From: Camelus ferus | Lineage: Eukaryota | NCBI RefSeq assembly: GCF_009834535.1 | Contig: NC_045697.1 | Location: forward strand, 99,574,001-99,638,000 | DNA: 64,000 nt | Reading direction: 5' to 3' | Made by a program: the position numbers and the translations under genes | The notes under the pieces: model-generated | Told to the model about the DNA's origin: nothing | What the model saw: the letters and a program-made list of their open reading frames with translations, nothing else | The model's database searches: none | Shown here: one piece after another, positions 26,641 to 39,944 of the stretch | Numbering within the stretch: the stretch's first letter is position 1 | Layout of the letters: each line of letters starts with the position of its first letter

Positions 26641-28176
26641 CAAACAAGACTGGCAGAGCCCTTGCCTTAATACAATTAATTTTCTTGTGGCTCTATTTGG
26701 ACAGAGCAGAGCTTGTCACCATTCTTTCTCCATGGTTAGAGAAAGATTGACTTCATTAGCATACAGGTGGGCACACAGATCTTTCTCCCAACCCTCAATG
26801 CCATCTTTAGAAAAGCAATGAGTGTAGAGTGAGGGCTAGGATGGGGAGACAGTATAGCATATTAAAGGATGAATCATGAGGAGACAAGTAAGAGAGGGAA
26901 GAATGGCCTTGACATTGAGATTAGGCCCACTGTGGGAGATATGGTGAGCTGACCACTGAAATTCACACTTCCCTCAAAGCAGAGAAGCATCTGCTCAGCC
27001 AGAGATTACAAATCCCTTTGCATCTAAGTGTGGCCATTGGAATGGTTGCCTCGGGAATATGAAGACCAGTGATTTCTTCTAGGCCAGGATTTTTTTAAAA
27101 AAATCATAGACTCAACTTTCATATTTTAACATTCCACATGCTTTTTATTTAATAATGCCCAGCTAAATGATACCAGGTTCATTCCATTATTATGTATATG
27201 ATGATGTGATAAAAAATTTTAAGTAATTTTTCATACTTTTATTATACTAAATTTTTCTATGAAATATGGCATATGTGTATATTTTTAAACTACTCTAATA
27301 ACTTTCAAAAAGAATATGTATATATTTGTCCCTCAACTAACAACGATGCATGGGATTCCTACAACAAAAAGCAAACAATACTCACCACGGAAGATAAACT
27401 CACACCTAAAAATTACAAATCACACAAAGGTAGCAATAGGCTCTGAAAAAAGAGTCAGCAGAAACACTGAACAGGGACATGAGATAAAATAACAACCCAA
27501 AGGAGACAATAAATCAGCTACATTTTAAAAGTATGAAAGAGATAAGATATGGAATAAAAACCATGAGGGATTAAAAAAAAGAATCTATGGGGGAAAAACA
27601 CAAAGAGTGAATGGGAGGGAGGACATAGAGAGAGGGGGACATTTTCAGTTAAGTAATTAATTAATGAATTCTAAAAGTACCATGTTAGGTGCAGATAGAA
27701 AAGTGAACAAGACTTAAGAAGACAGGAAGAATCCAAAAGTGAACAGGGTGAAGCAATGAGGAAGATGGGAGGAGAAAACTTAGCATTGAGTTTCTTAGCA
27801 GCTAAGGTAAAGAGAGAAAATTTTGTACTTATCACCCAAAAGTAAAAAAAAATATATGTATATATCTATATATAGCAGTTTAACAAGACAGATGAACCGT
27901 TTCTGGTCCTGAGATCTAAGAAAAATGTATTTTGAAAGCATATTTACATAAGGTGAATTAAGTACCGTTGTGAACTTTGTCCTCAACAGTAGAGTTGCCA
28001 AAAATGCAGAGGGTTCCATTTGGCTTTTAGTTGATCAGCCCTTAATGAAAGGGCTTAAATCATAAAATAAACTTTCCAGAAAGTAAGGATAATAATAGTT
28101 TCGTTTTAGGATGACAAAACTTACTAGAGGAAGAAAAAAAACCTAAATATAATGACATTATGTAATAATGTATATA

Positions 28177-28506
28177 CAGGCTATTCTCATTATATTTCAA
28201 ATTTTTTCATTATAATTGTATTTGTTATGTGATCTGCGATCAACGATCTTTGATATTACTCCTATGACTCGCTGAAGGCTCAGACGATGGTTAGCGTTTT
28301 TTAGCAATAATGTATTTTCAAGTAAGGTGTAAATATTGTGTTTTTAGACATAATGCTATTGCACACTTAATAGACTACAATATAGTGTAAACAGAACTTT
28401 TATATATACTGGGAAGCCAAAAAAATTGTGTGAATTGCTTTATTGCGATATTCATTTTATCGTGGTAGTCTGGAACTGAGCCTGCAATATCTCTGAGGTA
28501 TGTCTG
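28177..28506. mobile_element. Tigger1-derived non-autonomous DNA transposon
   Basis: Terminal inverted repeats caggctattctc / gaggtatgtctg, with TA on both sides. Confidence 0.85.
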
Positions 28507-28561
28507 TATTATGAAAATGTCATAAAATTCTGGAACAATAGAGAAAATAATTATTCTAATC

Positions 28562-28813
28562 CTGGGTTTCTTAACCTTGGCACTATTGACATTTTGCACT
28601 GGACAACTTTTTTGTTACAGAGATCTGCCCTAGGCACTGAAGGAGGATCAGCAGCATCTGTAGCCTCTGCCCAGGAGATGCAGTAGCATCCTCTGCCTCC
28701 CCCTAGCCTCTACCCCACAGATTCCCTCTGACCAGTTGCAACAATCAAAAATATTTCTAAGTCTTGTCAAAAGCCCCCAGGGGGCAAAAAGCAACCCTAG
28801 CTAGGAACCACTG
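28562..28813. mobile_element. MER20 (hAT-Charlie)
   Basis: ctgggtttcttaaccttggcactattgacatttt...gaaccactg. Perfect 8-bp TSD TTCTAATC at 28554-28561 and 28814-28821. Confidence 0.9.
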
Positions 28814-29012
28814 TTCTAATCATACCAACTAAATACTATTCCTTTCATATTTGAGTAGTCTGTTGCAATCTTTTTCGTATGTTATATGTACATGTATATG
28901 TATATTGAATTCTGTGTTTTTCATTCGAAGAATGTTATGGATGGCTGCAGCAGGCTCCTAGCATTTGAGAAGGATACCCAAGACCTTGGTAAATGCCTAA
29001 ATCAGCAAATAC

Positions 29013-29342
29013 CATGTTAGTGTATAACGTCTCCCATAACTTTGCTTGAGAGTGGAGAGAGAATGGTGAACCTGCTGCCAGACTCAGATGATGAGCAGTT
29101 AACCAGGTTCATTTAATAGCTAAAGTATCTGGGTGTCCACTCTCCAACCTTGCGGCTCACTTTAATCAAATGTGTCTGAGCTAAAATGCAAATTAATACA
29201 GGTCAAGGGTCCCCAAGTCTCTTTGGAGTAATTCAAGTAGTGAATCTAAACCCTTCAAATGCCATGGGACTCCTGTGGGTCTCAAGGCTTATGCTACAGA
29301 TGTGTAACAGTCCTTGGAAGTAGGTGGGAGCTCCATAAGTAA
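29013..29342 (-). pseudogene. Two pseudo-exons (about 29253-29342 and 29013-29180) around a short intron
   Basis: LLMELPPTSK...PMAFE, then acceptor ttaatttgcattttAG, then AQTHLIKVSRKVGEWTPRYFSY. The second exon is 168 nt, phase 1-1. Confidence 0.6.
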
Positions 29343-30055
29343 CTGCAGTGTTAAAGCCACTTCCAATTGCCCAGTTCTGACAGGATTTTGTACCTCTCTG
29401 CCACATAAAGGCCCCTCATCAAGTCACCTTTTCTCTCTAGACCTCAATTCCCTCGCTTGTCAAACTAGAAATTTGGGGCATGCCTACCTCCTACAGTTGC
29501 GGTGAGGGATTAAATGCAATGGTATGCTTGCATGGCATAAATTACAAAGCTTTTTGAAAGTATCAAGTATTACTTGGCAAATTTACTGCTCATTATCAGC
29601 TCCATTGTTATTTCATATAAAAGTGGGTGAAGAAGTTCACAGATACTAATGAATAAAAAGAAATCTGAGAACTAACTATAGATTTTGAAACTTTGTACTA
29701 TTTGCCTCACTCACCATGCACTGAAGTTGAGCTGTAAATCGAAGTTCTGTTCTGCCATGAAAAGGAAATGTTTACACATCAACATGGATGAATCGCAATG
29801 TATTTTGTGCAAGAAAGAAAGTCTTAATACACAGAATATAATTGCACTTATATAAAATTCAGGGAAGCACACATATGCACTTATGTAGTAAAATTACAAT
29901 CAGAAATGAAGGAGAAGGAATATGAGGGCATAAAGGGTGTTTTAAAAGTTACAGAGATGTGTTCTTAACCTGGGTGGTGGGTACAAGTATGATCATTTTT
30001 TATTTTCATTTAAACTATATTTTAAATAATAATAGTTTAAGAATAGTTTAATTAA

Positions 30056-31385
30056 AACTCACACATCTATGATCAATTAATCTTTGACAAAGGAGGCAAG
30101 AATATACAATGGAGGAAAGGCAGTCTCTTTAGCAAGTGGTGATGGGAAAGCTGGACAGCAGCATGTAAATCGATGAAGTTAGAAGACTCCCTCACACCAC
30201 ACGCAAAAATAAACTCAAAATGGCTTAGAGACTTAAACATAAGACAGGACACCATAAATCTCCTAGAAGAGAACACAGGTAAAACATTCTCTGACAAATT
30301 GTAGCAATGTTTTTTTCCTAGGTCAGTCTACCAAGGCAATAGAAATAAAACCAAAAGTAAACAAATGGGACCTAATTGAACTTATAAGCTTCTGCACAGC
30401 AAAGGAAACTATAAACAAAATGAAAGGACAGCCTATGGACTGGGAGAAAATATTTGCAAACGATGCGACTGACAAGGGCCTAACTTCCGGAATACACAAA
30501 CAGCTCACACAACTCAAAAACAAAAAACAAAACATCTCAATCAAAAAATGGGCAGAAGACCTACAGCACAGGGAACTATATTCAGTAGCTTGTAGTAACT
30601 TTCAATGAAAAAGAATTATACGTATAACTGAATCACTTTGCTGTACACCAGAAACTAACACAACACTGTAATAAGAACCCACACACCTACGGTCAATTAA
30701 TCTTTGACAAAGGAGGCAATAATATACGAGGGAGAAAAGACAGTTGCCATGTGGTCCAGCAATCCCTCTCACGGCATATACCTGGAAAAGAACTCTAATT
30801 CAAAAAGATGCACACACCCCAAAACAGCAGCACTATTTACAAATAGCCAAGACATGGAAGCAGCCTAAATGTCCATCGACAGATGAATAAAGATGTGGCA
30901 TATACATACACACATACACAATGCAATACTACCCAACCATAGAAAAGAATGAAATAATGCCATTTGCAGCAACGTGGATGGACCCAGAGATTATCACACT
31001 AAGTAAAGTAAGTTAGACAGAGAAAGACAAATATATATATTGTCACTTGTATGTGGAATCTAAAAAAAATGACACAAATGAACTTATTTACAAAACAGAA
31101 AGAGACTCACAGACATAGAAAACAAACTTACGGTTACCAAAGGGGAAGGGAGGGAGGAATAAACTAGGAGTTCAAAATTTGCAGATACTAACTACTATAT
31201 ATAAAATAGATAAACAACAAGGTCCTATGGTATAGTACAGGGAACTATATTCAATATCTTGTAATAATCTATAATGAAAAAGAATATGAAAAAGAATTTA
31301 TATGTATAACTGAATCACTATGCTATATACCAGAAACTAACACAACATTGTAAATAAAAAAAAATACCCATTGTCTCAAAAAATA
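30056..31385 (+). mobile_element. Younger cetartiodactyl L1 3' portion, rearranged into two deleted units
   Basis: ORF2 C-terminal peptide MKGQPMDWEKIFANDATDKGL. 3' UTR acagggaactatattcaa...gtataactgaatcact..gctgtacaccagaaactaacacaaca. Confidence 0.92.
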
Positions 31386-31689
31386 TATAAGAATATAGTT
31401 ATTTAAACTACATGTGGCAGTACCTATATGTATATACACACAGACACAGTATAGTACATATATACATATTTTTTAATCTACACACACTCAGTATATATGA
31501 TATACATAATAAAAAATGTTTAAGATTCTCCATGCCTCTAGAATCATATTCTAATAAAATCTTATTGACATAATTCCTTTTTCCTTTGTTGTTCATGGGT
31601 CAGGATGGGCCATCAGGATGTGATACATCTTGTACCAGTTTCCCCCTCCCATGCCCCACTCATCATGGATGTCACTGTATCTCCAGGTT

Positions 31690-32070
31690 CTCATGGTTGT
31701 CCTGCATTTCCTGCCTGCCTCAGGTACTTTGCATCTGCTATTCCTCCACCAGAGGGGCTCTCTCCCCAGTCTCTCATCCTTTAGGTCTCAGTTTAAGCAT
31801 CATTTCTTTTAGGAAGTCTTTCTGTCTCCTCTGATGAGATTAGATTCTCCTGTGACATGCTTCCAAAGTGTCCTGCATATGTCCTTCTTAATACTCATCA
31901 CACTTGTAAATACTTAATTTCTGTCTTCCCAATAGACAATAAACCCTTGAAGAGCAACACCCATCAGTTTGGCTTACTGCTGAATTACTAGTGCTTAGCT
32001 CAGGCATTTAATGAGCATGCCACATTATATGTTGAATGAATAAATGGTGAATGGATGGATGAATGGATAA
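31690..32070 (+). mobile_element. L2 3' end
   Basis: Tail atgttgaatgaataaatggtgaatggatgg. Confidence 0.7.
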
Positions 32071-32156
32071 ATGGCAAAGCCAGTGGATTCCCTGGCAAGT
32101 ATGAATATGAGATAATAAAATAAATTTCAGCAGCTATATTTTGGGCATTGCTTCAC

Positions 32157-32609
32157 CTACTCTTTTCTAAGAGCTTGATGAACAATTATCACCAGTTCTA
32201 AACAGTTGAAAGAGCTGTCACTGATATTTTCCTTTCCTGTATTTAATCTGGCCCAGCAATTGCTTCTTCCTGACTGTAATAAGTTGGGATTGGCATGGTG
32301 ATGTCACTTAAACTGTCTCAATGAGGTTGTTCTTTCACTGCCCTGTAAGAAAAAAGAGCAAGTTTTTCTCAGGGCAGAGAGGGGCACAGGATAATGCATT
32401 ATCTGGGTTATCACTGCTCAATCAAAAAGTGCACGAAGGAGCCACATAATTCATCTAGCCAGCAGTCACCATGGAGTTATGCAGGTCTCTCATGTAGGTG
32501 ATGAAACAGCCAAGTTCCCTGACAGTGGTGGATTACTCCTTGCATCACTAATAGCAATGCCAAAAGAAGTGGCAAGGCCACAGATACGGAGAACAGGGGG
32601 CGCTTCAAA
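32157..32609 (-). pseudogene. Two pseudo-exons (32470-32609 and 32157-32342)
   Basis: Acceptors gttttcctcgtgcAG and ctcttttttcttacAG; donors atg|GTgact and tag|GTgaag. ISDARSNPPL / RELGCFITYMRDLHNSM; ENISDSSFNCLELVII. Confidence 0.6.
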
Positions 32610-33257
32610 CTGCACGAGGAAAACTTTGATATGTTTTATTGCTTTCTTTTCATCTTGATCATTGAGGTTTTAAAATGAAATTACAGGGACGCTAAGCCTA
32701 GCCAATGGGTAGGGTGATTCATTTCAAATTGGCAGTGGTGTCAACGTGGTGGCTTCTGTCCAGGCCAAGCCTGGGCCGGGGACCCTGGGCCTGTCTTCCA
32801 CCACCACCCCCGTGGCTCAGCTAGCATCTCAGACCCTAGCAAAGGGTCCGTGGCATATAGGATTTTTTTCTTTTTCATCTACAGTCAAGCAATTCAGCAA
32901 ACACAGATCTCTTTACCTCTTGTGGTTAAAACATTGACCTGATGTCATAAACCTCTGATTTTTAAAAGCCTTGTAGCATGAGAGGCAGGCTAACATATGA
33001 ATTTGAAACCTGGTGATTGGGAAGTGTTTTGAATGGCCTTGAAAACTGCAGGTAAAACATTAAATTACACTAATATTCTTGTTTAGTTAAACTTTTTAAT
33101 ATTTTTAAAAGCCTTTCATAATATTATGGAGAAGTAAATTCTTGGGCCTGATTTCAATTTGAGTCAAATTCCAACTAATAATGTTATACCCATAAACCTT
33201 CTCCTTAACAGCCCATAACATTAAACTGAAAACAGAATTCTTGAAGCACACACTTAC

Positions 33258-35307
33258 GCTGGCTATCCATGAAATAAGCATTACAGACTTTCACCAGATG
33301 TCTTTAATAGACATTGTTATTAAAAAGACTATTACATAAAATAAATTTAGACTGTTAGTCTAGCACAATTACTAAACGAATATTGCAGCATGGTCAGATA
33401 ATCACATCTATACTTAATTGAGAGGGGAAAAAACTCTCGTGGCCATTATTATCTTTTGGTGGTAGCCACCTATTCATTTACCCATCCAGCTCATTAGCCC
33501 AGATTAGGATTTGTTAGTGCCTTCTCCATGTCATAAGCCCCAATTTTCAGTAAATTAAAAGTTGGTCAGGAAAAAAAAAAGAAAAAAAAAAGAGCTCAAG
33601 TTCACAAGCATCAGCCTAAGAGCAAATTCCTTATAAAAATCTTAGGGAAAACAAAATTCAGCTCTTTTTTGGTTATGAGTGCCAAAAAAAAGTTTTGTGG
33701 TTTGGGGCACTTATAAGTTTTATAATTTGAAAATAAGTTAGACTTTAAGCAGAAAAAAGAAAGCTCCAAGTCCATAATATGGATTAATGCCTCTGGTATG
33801 TTTTGAACATGACACAAAGCTAGCAAGAACTATTTGTTGGGAAATATGTTGTATTGTGCCTGAATGTTTCAAAAAACACTACTACTTACACCAGCATTAA
33901 ATTCTGTTGCCCGCCTCCAGGCCTACAATATAAAAAATACGATCCACTATTGCCAATTAGGTAATAACTGGAGTCGAGCCGACATCTCTCATTCTAGGAT
34001 ATGAAATAAAGTAAGGGGAAACGCCCATTTTTCTGGTCCATGGTCTGTCCTTGTGGTGGCAAGCTCTCATGGAGATAAACCAGAGGCAAATGGCCATGAA
34101 GACAGCCCTGATATTGTCATTTCCTGCTAAGAGAGGAGGGATGGGAAGGAGGGTCTTAACCAAGATGACTCAGCAAATCAAAGCTGAAATTCATGTCTTT
34201 TGCAGGTGAGGCTGTATTAGCAGTTTGTTAGGCTGTGGCTTTGTCCTCTTTATTTAGAGACTCTGTGTTTGGGCAGGTCTGGGAGAACAGGATGGATTAG
34301 CGTTTCTTACTGGGGCAGCTGAGCTTGTATGGAAGAGCAGGGACCAGCGTGGGTGGGTTTTGGACCAGACAGACCTTGATTTGATTCTTGCTCCGCAACT
34401 TACTGGTTAAATGACTTTGGAGAGTTATCTCAGCCTCTGTCTATTCATCTGTAAAATGAGGCTAAAAGAAATACATACCTCAGTAGTATTAGTAGTTTTA
34501 GGTGTTGCATAAGGAAGAGAGTTTCGCAAGTAGTAACAATAAATGTTAGCTATTCTTCTTCTCAAATTCCAAATCTTGCTTCCCAATTACCAGGGAGTTA
34601 TGTGTTAGATGCAGTACTATCTAATGGGATAGATCTTACTACTTTATACATGTAGGAAATTTTAGGCTATGATCATTTCCTTTTATACATATTTTTACTA
34701 CATATTTTTGAAATCTGACCATAGAATTAGTTAAAGAAGCAGAAATAAAAAGAGGGCCAATGTGCAATTTAGAAAACCTTGTTTGTGACCCAGCTCCACA
34801 ATTTACCACTTAAACAAATTGCTTCAGCCTCTCTGAGCCTCCATTGTTTTTTGTTTTTGCAATCTGTAAAATTGAATGATAAATCTTATCCACCTCACAC
34901 AGTTCCTGTGAGGACTGAATGGGGAGATAGATGTGAAAGCATTTTGAAAACTATAAAGCATTTAGTTGAAATAAGTTAGAGTATTTTTACAATTTTTATT
35001 AGGCTCAAAGTCACTTATGGGGACAGATTCCTTTCTCTGTAATTTTTTGCCCTTGGAAGTGTATTTGTATTGGGAACCATTGTTATTTATGGCTCATTTA
35101 TTAATAGGCATAAACTTTGTTTTGATGACAGCCTTTTGCTAACAATAAATCAAAAATGGACTCATGGTTTCATAGTGTTCTTCAACTTTTCTCCTTTTTT
35201 GAAAAGTTGAGTCTTCACAATTTGCTGGAGCAAAGGAAAGGGTTGTATAGCTTAATAACTGTTCTGCTAAAGTTCAGCAAATTGTAGTTGATGTTCTGAC
35301 ATTTATT
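33258..35307 (-). pseudogene. Three candidate small pseudo-exons (about 35165-35307, 33889-33993, 33258-33469)
   Basis: GTAAGT donors at about 33888 and 33257. VIKLYNPFLCSS; CRLDSSYYLIGNS; HLVKVCNAYFMDS. Confidence 0.4.
34330..34980 (+). mobile_element. Two MIR SINEs (about 34330-34560 and 34760-34980)
   Basis: tctgtaaaatgagg; cctctctgagcctc..tctgtaaaa. Confidence 0.75.
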
Positions 35308-35527
35308 GCTTACACAGAATATGTATTTTCTACCTGGACTTAAGTCATACACGTGCATGCACGCACACACACACACACACACACACAAACTTGCTTTGAC
35401 CAAAGTAGTCATACTAGTATGGTTGGAATAACTAGAGAAATTCAGTTTGTCTGAAATTTCAGGGTTTCAAGAGCTAATCTCAGGTGACAGAGTTAATGAA
35501 AAATTTTGACCAAGAGGAGAATCTTAC

Positions 35528-35925
35528 TTTAGGAAAAGGACAAACATTTTGTGTAAACACACCAGCTCCTTCCTCTGGCAAGATTGTTTATGCTTAGTCA
35601 TCAGAAAGTTTCAGCTGAACTTTGATCATCATGGCTCAGTAACTACCAACACCTTGACTGCCTACAGCCTAGAGAGAAAAGGAAAAGCTTGACCCACTTG
35701 TCACATGGATACCTGAAAGAATAACTCAAGTTAATTAAATGCTTTCCTGGGGGATGTTGTCCCTTTGTTTTCTGGTCACAGTTACTATAGTCCTTCTGAC
35801 ACCATGTCTGCTCTGCCCAAGGAATAAGGAAACTTGAAGTAGGAGAGGATCATGATTTATATCTCCAAGCATTACTCAGTGCCATCCAAACTTCCATGTC
35901 TCTAGTACACTTACTGTCTGCTAAT
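35528..35925 (-). pseudogene. Pseudo-exon (near-complete RGS domain remnant)
   Basis: Acceptor gcttccttcaAG, donor aaa|GTaaga. ADSKCTRDMEVWMAL...PRKAFN*LEL...YPCDKWVKLFLFS. Confidence 0.6.
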
Positions 35926-35974
35926 CTTGAAGGAAGCAACCATTGCACTCTAAAGTGTGATTACTCCCGGTTAA

Positions 35975-36930
35975 GAAGTCAGTCTCTCAGCTCCACACCT
36001 GCCCTTATCTTCTTGCCTTTATGATGCTGGACTTGGATTCTGCAAACCTTGATTCTCCTTTGGCAGCAGCTCCATATTAGGCTCTGTGAGCATTAGAGGG
36101 AGACTGTAAGGCTGGAGGAGGAAAAGGGACTACTCCTTTCCATTTGCTCCCTATTGGCTTGATGTCTGAATGCCACTGCTGCGAGCAGCCCCAGCCACAT
36201 TTCTTCACTCGGCAGAAGCAGTTCTTTCCCACAGCAGTGAGTGAATCCAGGATTCAGTTTGTTCAAAACCTACAGAACCAGCCACATTGTGCATCCTTAG
36301 TCACCAATACCAGCCAAGCATCACCCCTCTCCAGAAGTGAGTTGTAGGTCCATAGGGCATCTCCAAGCTTCTAGATTTTAATAGTCCCACCCTCTTCCCT
36401 TCCCTTTGCCAGCCCGAGTATCTTAATATCTTCTTTTTAACACTTTTAGCTACCTTGTTAACAACTTTGTACCTAGTTATGAATTCCTTCTATTAAATTC
36501 TCCCCGTTAAAATAACTAGGGAGTTTCCATCTCCTAACTGGTCCCTGACTGATGAACAAGCTGACGGCCTGGATTCATGTGTTGACACTCCCACAGTAGT
36601 TTCTGTTCTGTAGTCGCTTGTAGGCAACATCTATTGCATTTGTCTGCCCAGAAACCAATCATCTTATTTTGGCAAGCCTCCCCAGACTCACTCTGTGTCC
36701 ATGGAGTTTAGGTAGGACTGCTCCAGGGAAAGGGTTATGAAATCTAACCAATGAAATTTCTGCCTGTTCCAGCCAGAGTTACTGGTTTAGTAGCTGGACA
36801 TGTGCTCCAGACACACTCGAAGTCAGTCACCTTCTTAAACTTCCAAGGTACATAAGCCAAGATGTTTCCATTCCTTAAAAACCTTAGCTTGACTTGTGTG
36901 TTTGCCACTGACAAGCTCTTAAACAAAAGG
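35975..36930. mobile_element. LTR33-like LTR (about 35975-36555) and MaLR-like fragment (about 36620-36930)
   Basis: gtcagtctctcagctcca...attaaattctc...ctggtccctgactgat. Confidence 0.6.
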
Positions 36931-36935
36931 AATGA

Positions 36936-37204
36936 ACCTTTCACGATAGTACTTGAGGAGAAATTTGGCAGATGTGTGGGTAGGTGGCAAGTAACTCTCC
37001 ATGGACTTCCAAAAGTATCCCCAAATGGAACTGGTTGTAGCAGGTGGGTGTATGCCTCACGTGGTCCTGCTCCAACCTGCAGCCTGGCTGGGACCCTTCC
37101 CCACAGGACTGATTACACGTGACCACTGCTGGTAAGTAGAGGAACGAGTCTTGGGGCAGTGGCTTGCTGCTGTGACATCCACAGTGTGAAACGAATGTCA
37201 CTTT
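36936..37204 (-). pseudogene. Pseudo-exon
   Basis: DIRFTLWM...GILLEVHGELLAT / THLPNFSSST, resembling RGS terminal helices. Confidence 0.45.
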
Positions 37205-38057
37205 CTAGATGCACATCGTAATTGACGATTTAGCTTAATTACCTTCATGGTGGTGGGGGCAGGACAAAAATACTTCCTCGTATTATCTGCTAAAAATGGT
37301 TTATCTAATAGAGATATCTATGCTAAGATCGGAATAAATAGAGAATTGGCATTTATTGAATCCCCTTGTAGACAGAGACTGGCCGAGTGCTTTCACTTCA
37401 CAGCCTACGCAGGAAACATGTATCAGCAGCCACTTTTTTAAAGCTGAGAAAAGTGAGGCTTAGAAAGGTTAAGCAACTCATTCAAGGCCACAAGCTAATA
37501 GATTCAAATCCAGTTCCCTTTTACATTGAAGTCCATTCTCTCTCCCCACATCAGGTGATGCCTCCCTGAGGAAGTCAGTGGATCGTTCAAAGGGAAAGGA
37601 TGATCACTGAGAACGTCCTGTTTCCCACCTTTCTCCTGGTTTTTCCACATCTAAAGCCCCCAAAGCAGCAATGTGGCTGGAAATCTGTCCTAAAGGCAAG
37701 GATTTATCCTGCATATTGGGGTAAGCATATCCGAAAGCAATAGTGCTTAGTGTGTTAGAAAAGTTTTAGGCTGTTTCTGGTCCAGCCACAAATAAACAGA
37801 GGTTTATATGTGCGGAGTGATTTACTATCGTTCATTAGTGTACTTTATACTTCACTGAACTTAGATAGGCAAATTATATAAACACTTTATATATAGGCAA
37901 AACATGTCAGATGTCAGGACTCAAAATATGTGTTTAATTAAAAAAATACATCTCTTAAAACCAAAGCCCTAAATACATATTAAACAATACCCTAGTCTGA
38001 AGGTAAATGAGATATGTCACCTAACAGATATTAAGTGACCCACATTTACAGTAATAC

Positions 38058-38250
38058 CTCCATTAATGAGGCAAAATGCCTTCCAACAGCACACTTCAGT
38101 GTCAGAAACTTCATTATCCAATGAAGCGGTAACACAGAAATCATAAGGACCCATCCAAAGAGGACAGAGAAGAAGTGGGGATGGTGAAAAATTAGTAAAT
38201 ATTAACCAAAAGAATATAAGTAGGTTGCCTGAAACAAGATTCTGGAAGTT
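38058..38250 (-). pseudogene. Pseudo-exon
   Basis: Acceptor tctcctctctatctcAG, donor gag|GTatta. NFQNLVSGNLLIFFWLIFTNF. Confidence 0.55.
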
Positions 38251-38865
38251 CTGAGATAGAGAGGAGATTAAGAGGGGATGGGACCCTCAGGGCGAATCTG
38301 CACTAGCCAGAGAAAAGGTTTAAAGAAGCCTGCTGGAGTGGCCTGGACTGTAGGAGAATGGACTCCACCTGATTCGGTCACTCCAGCAGCCCCAGACCAG
38401 GTCTGGAGGGGCTGGAACTGAGCTTGGCCTGGACAAGTCTCTGCAAGGACACAGACTACCCACAGAGGAGAGACAGAAGGCACTTCTGATCCCACAAGGG
38501 CCCCCAAGCACACCAAGTGCAAGCTCAGTGTTGGGGTTACATGTCCGTGATTTCACTGCATCCCAGGTCGCCCCCATCCATTTGCAAGTCCTTTCACAAG
38601 GGGGATGTCTTTCATTTTTCCATTAGAATGAAAAGACTGAGTATACTTGCTTGGTTGAGGTTCCGCATTGACATCAAGTCACTGAGACAAAAGTTCCTCT
38701 CATCAAGGAATCAGACAATCCGTAGATGACAGTGACCCTGATCAGACCTTTTTCTTCCTTGACAAAAGCAGGGAAGTGGGGAAAGAGGCTGACATGGGGC
38801 AGCTGAAGGGACAGAGGAGGCGGCCAAGGGGTTATGAGAGTCAGAAACGCGAGGCTGGGGAACCC

Positions 38866-39167
38866 CAACATATTTGCTGATTTCATATTTATACCCCAAA
38901 CCCTGCAGGACAAACATGCTTTATTCACTGAGGTATTTTTGTCCCGTGCAGCTGTGTGGCTGAGCAGGAGATTTGCTGCCGAGCCACATGAGTCATGCCA
39001 GCACTGGCGCACATGATTTATGAAGACTTAAAGAAGAAAACAGCCAGCTTCATTATGAAGGAGCTCCACTTCCAGAGGATTTGTTCACAGAGGACCAAGG
39101 TGCCATTTGTTGATCTCTGAGTGAAACAGTGGGGCTGCTTCCACCAGCAATGGGCTGGAAGACACCG
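38866..39167 (-). pseudogene. Pseudo-exon (RGS N-terminal half)
   Basis: ELLHNEAGCFLL*VFINH, then after a frameshift GQKYLSE*SMFVL. Boundaries approximate. Confidence 0.52.
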
Positions 39168-39239
39168 TCTAGCTTCCCCCTCCCCCTCCCCCAGCCTGAT
39201 TCCCAGCTTGAATGAGGAGGCCTCTAGGGTAAGAAGAGC

Positions 39240-39430
39240 CAGATACTATTATATACAAAATAGATAACAGCAAGGTCCTACTCTACAGCACAAAGAGCTA
39301 TATTCAATAGCTTGTAATGGCCTATAATGAAAGAGTGTATATATATGTATGTATGTATAACTGAATCAGTATGCTGTATACTAGAAACTAACACAACTTT
39401 ATAAATCAACTAGACTTCAATTTAAAAAAA
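39240..39430 (+). mobile_element. Short cetartiodactyl L1 3' end
   Basis: 3' UTR plus A tail. Approximate TSD aagaagagc / aagagagc. Confidence 0.85.
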
Positions 39431-39944
39431 GAGAGCGAGTGAGAAAGTTGTAGCCCCAGATGTGTCGCTGCCACAGGAGGCTCAGCGACTCTGAAAGGGG
39501 CCAAACCACCCTGTCAGAGGTGCTGCTTAGGCCTGGAGCTGATTCCCTCCAAGACGGGGTCTGCCCCCTGGCATGGGAGAAGGCTGAAAAGGGACTAGGT
39601 TTTATTGGTATCCAGGCTGGCAAATTTTGTCACACTGTCTCCCTGCCTCCCTGATCAGGAGACCGCCCCCACGGGATCTTCCTGAAACTTCAGCAGGACT
39701 CCTTTCCCCTAGTCCCACCCACATTCCCTACTGGCATTGGAAAGAAAGTGCCAGGATCTCGTATTCTGAAACATTTCTAACTCCTATCCTCTGAAACTTC
39801 CCGAGCTGGATTGACGAGTCTTGTCTCTTTCCTATTCTCCCTCTCTGTTTCAGCTTTTACTTTTGAACAAGGCCAGGTCTACATTTATTCCTTGAAAGAA
39901 GTGGGAAAATCAGGCCAGTGGGCAGCCCAGGTTTGTGGCTGTGA

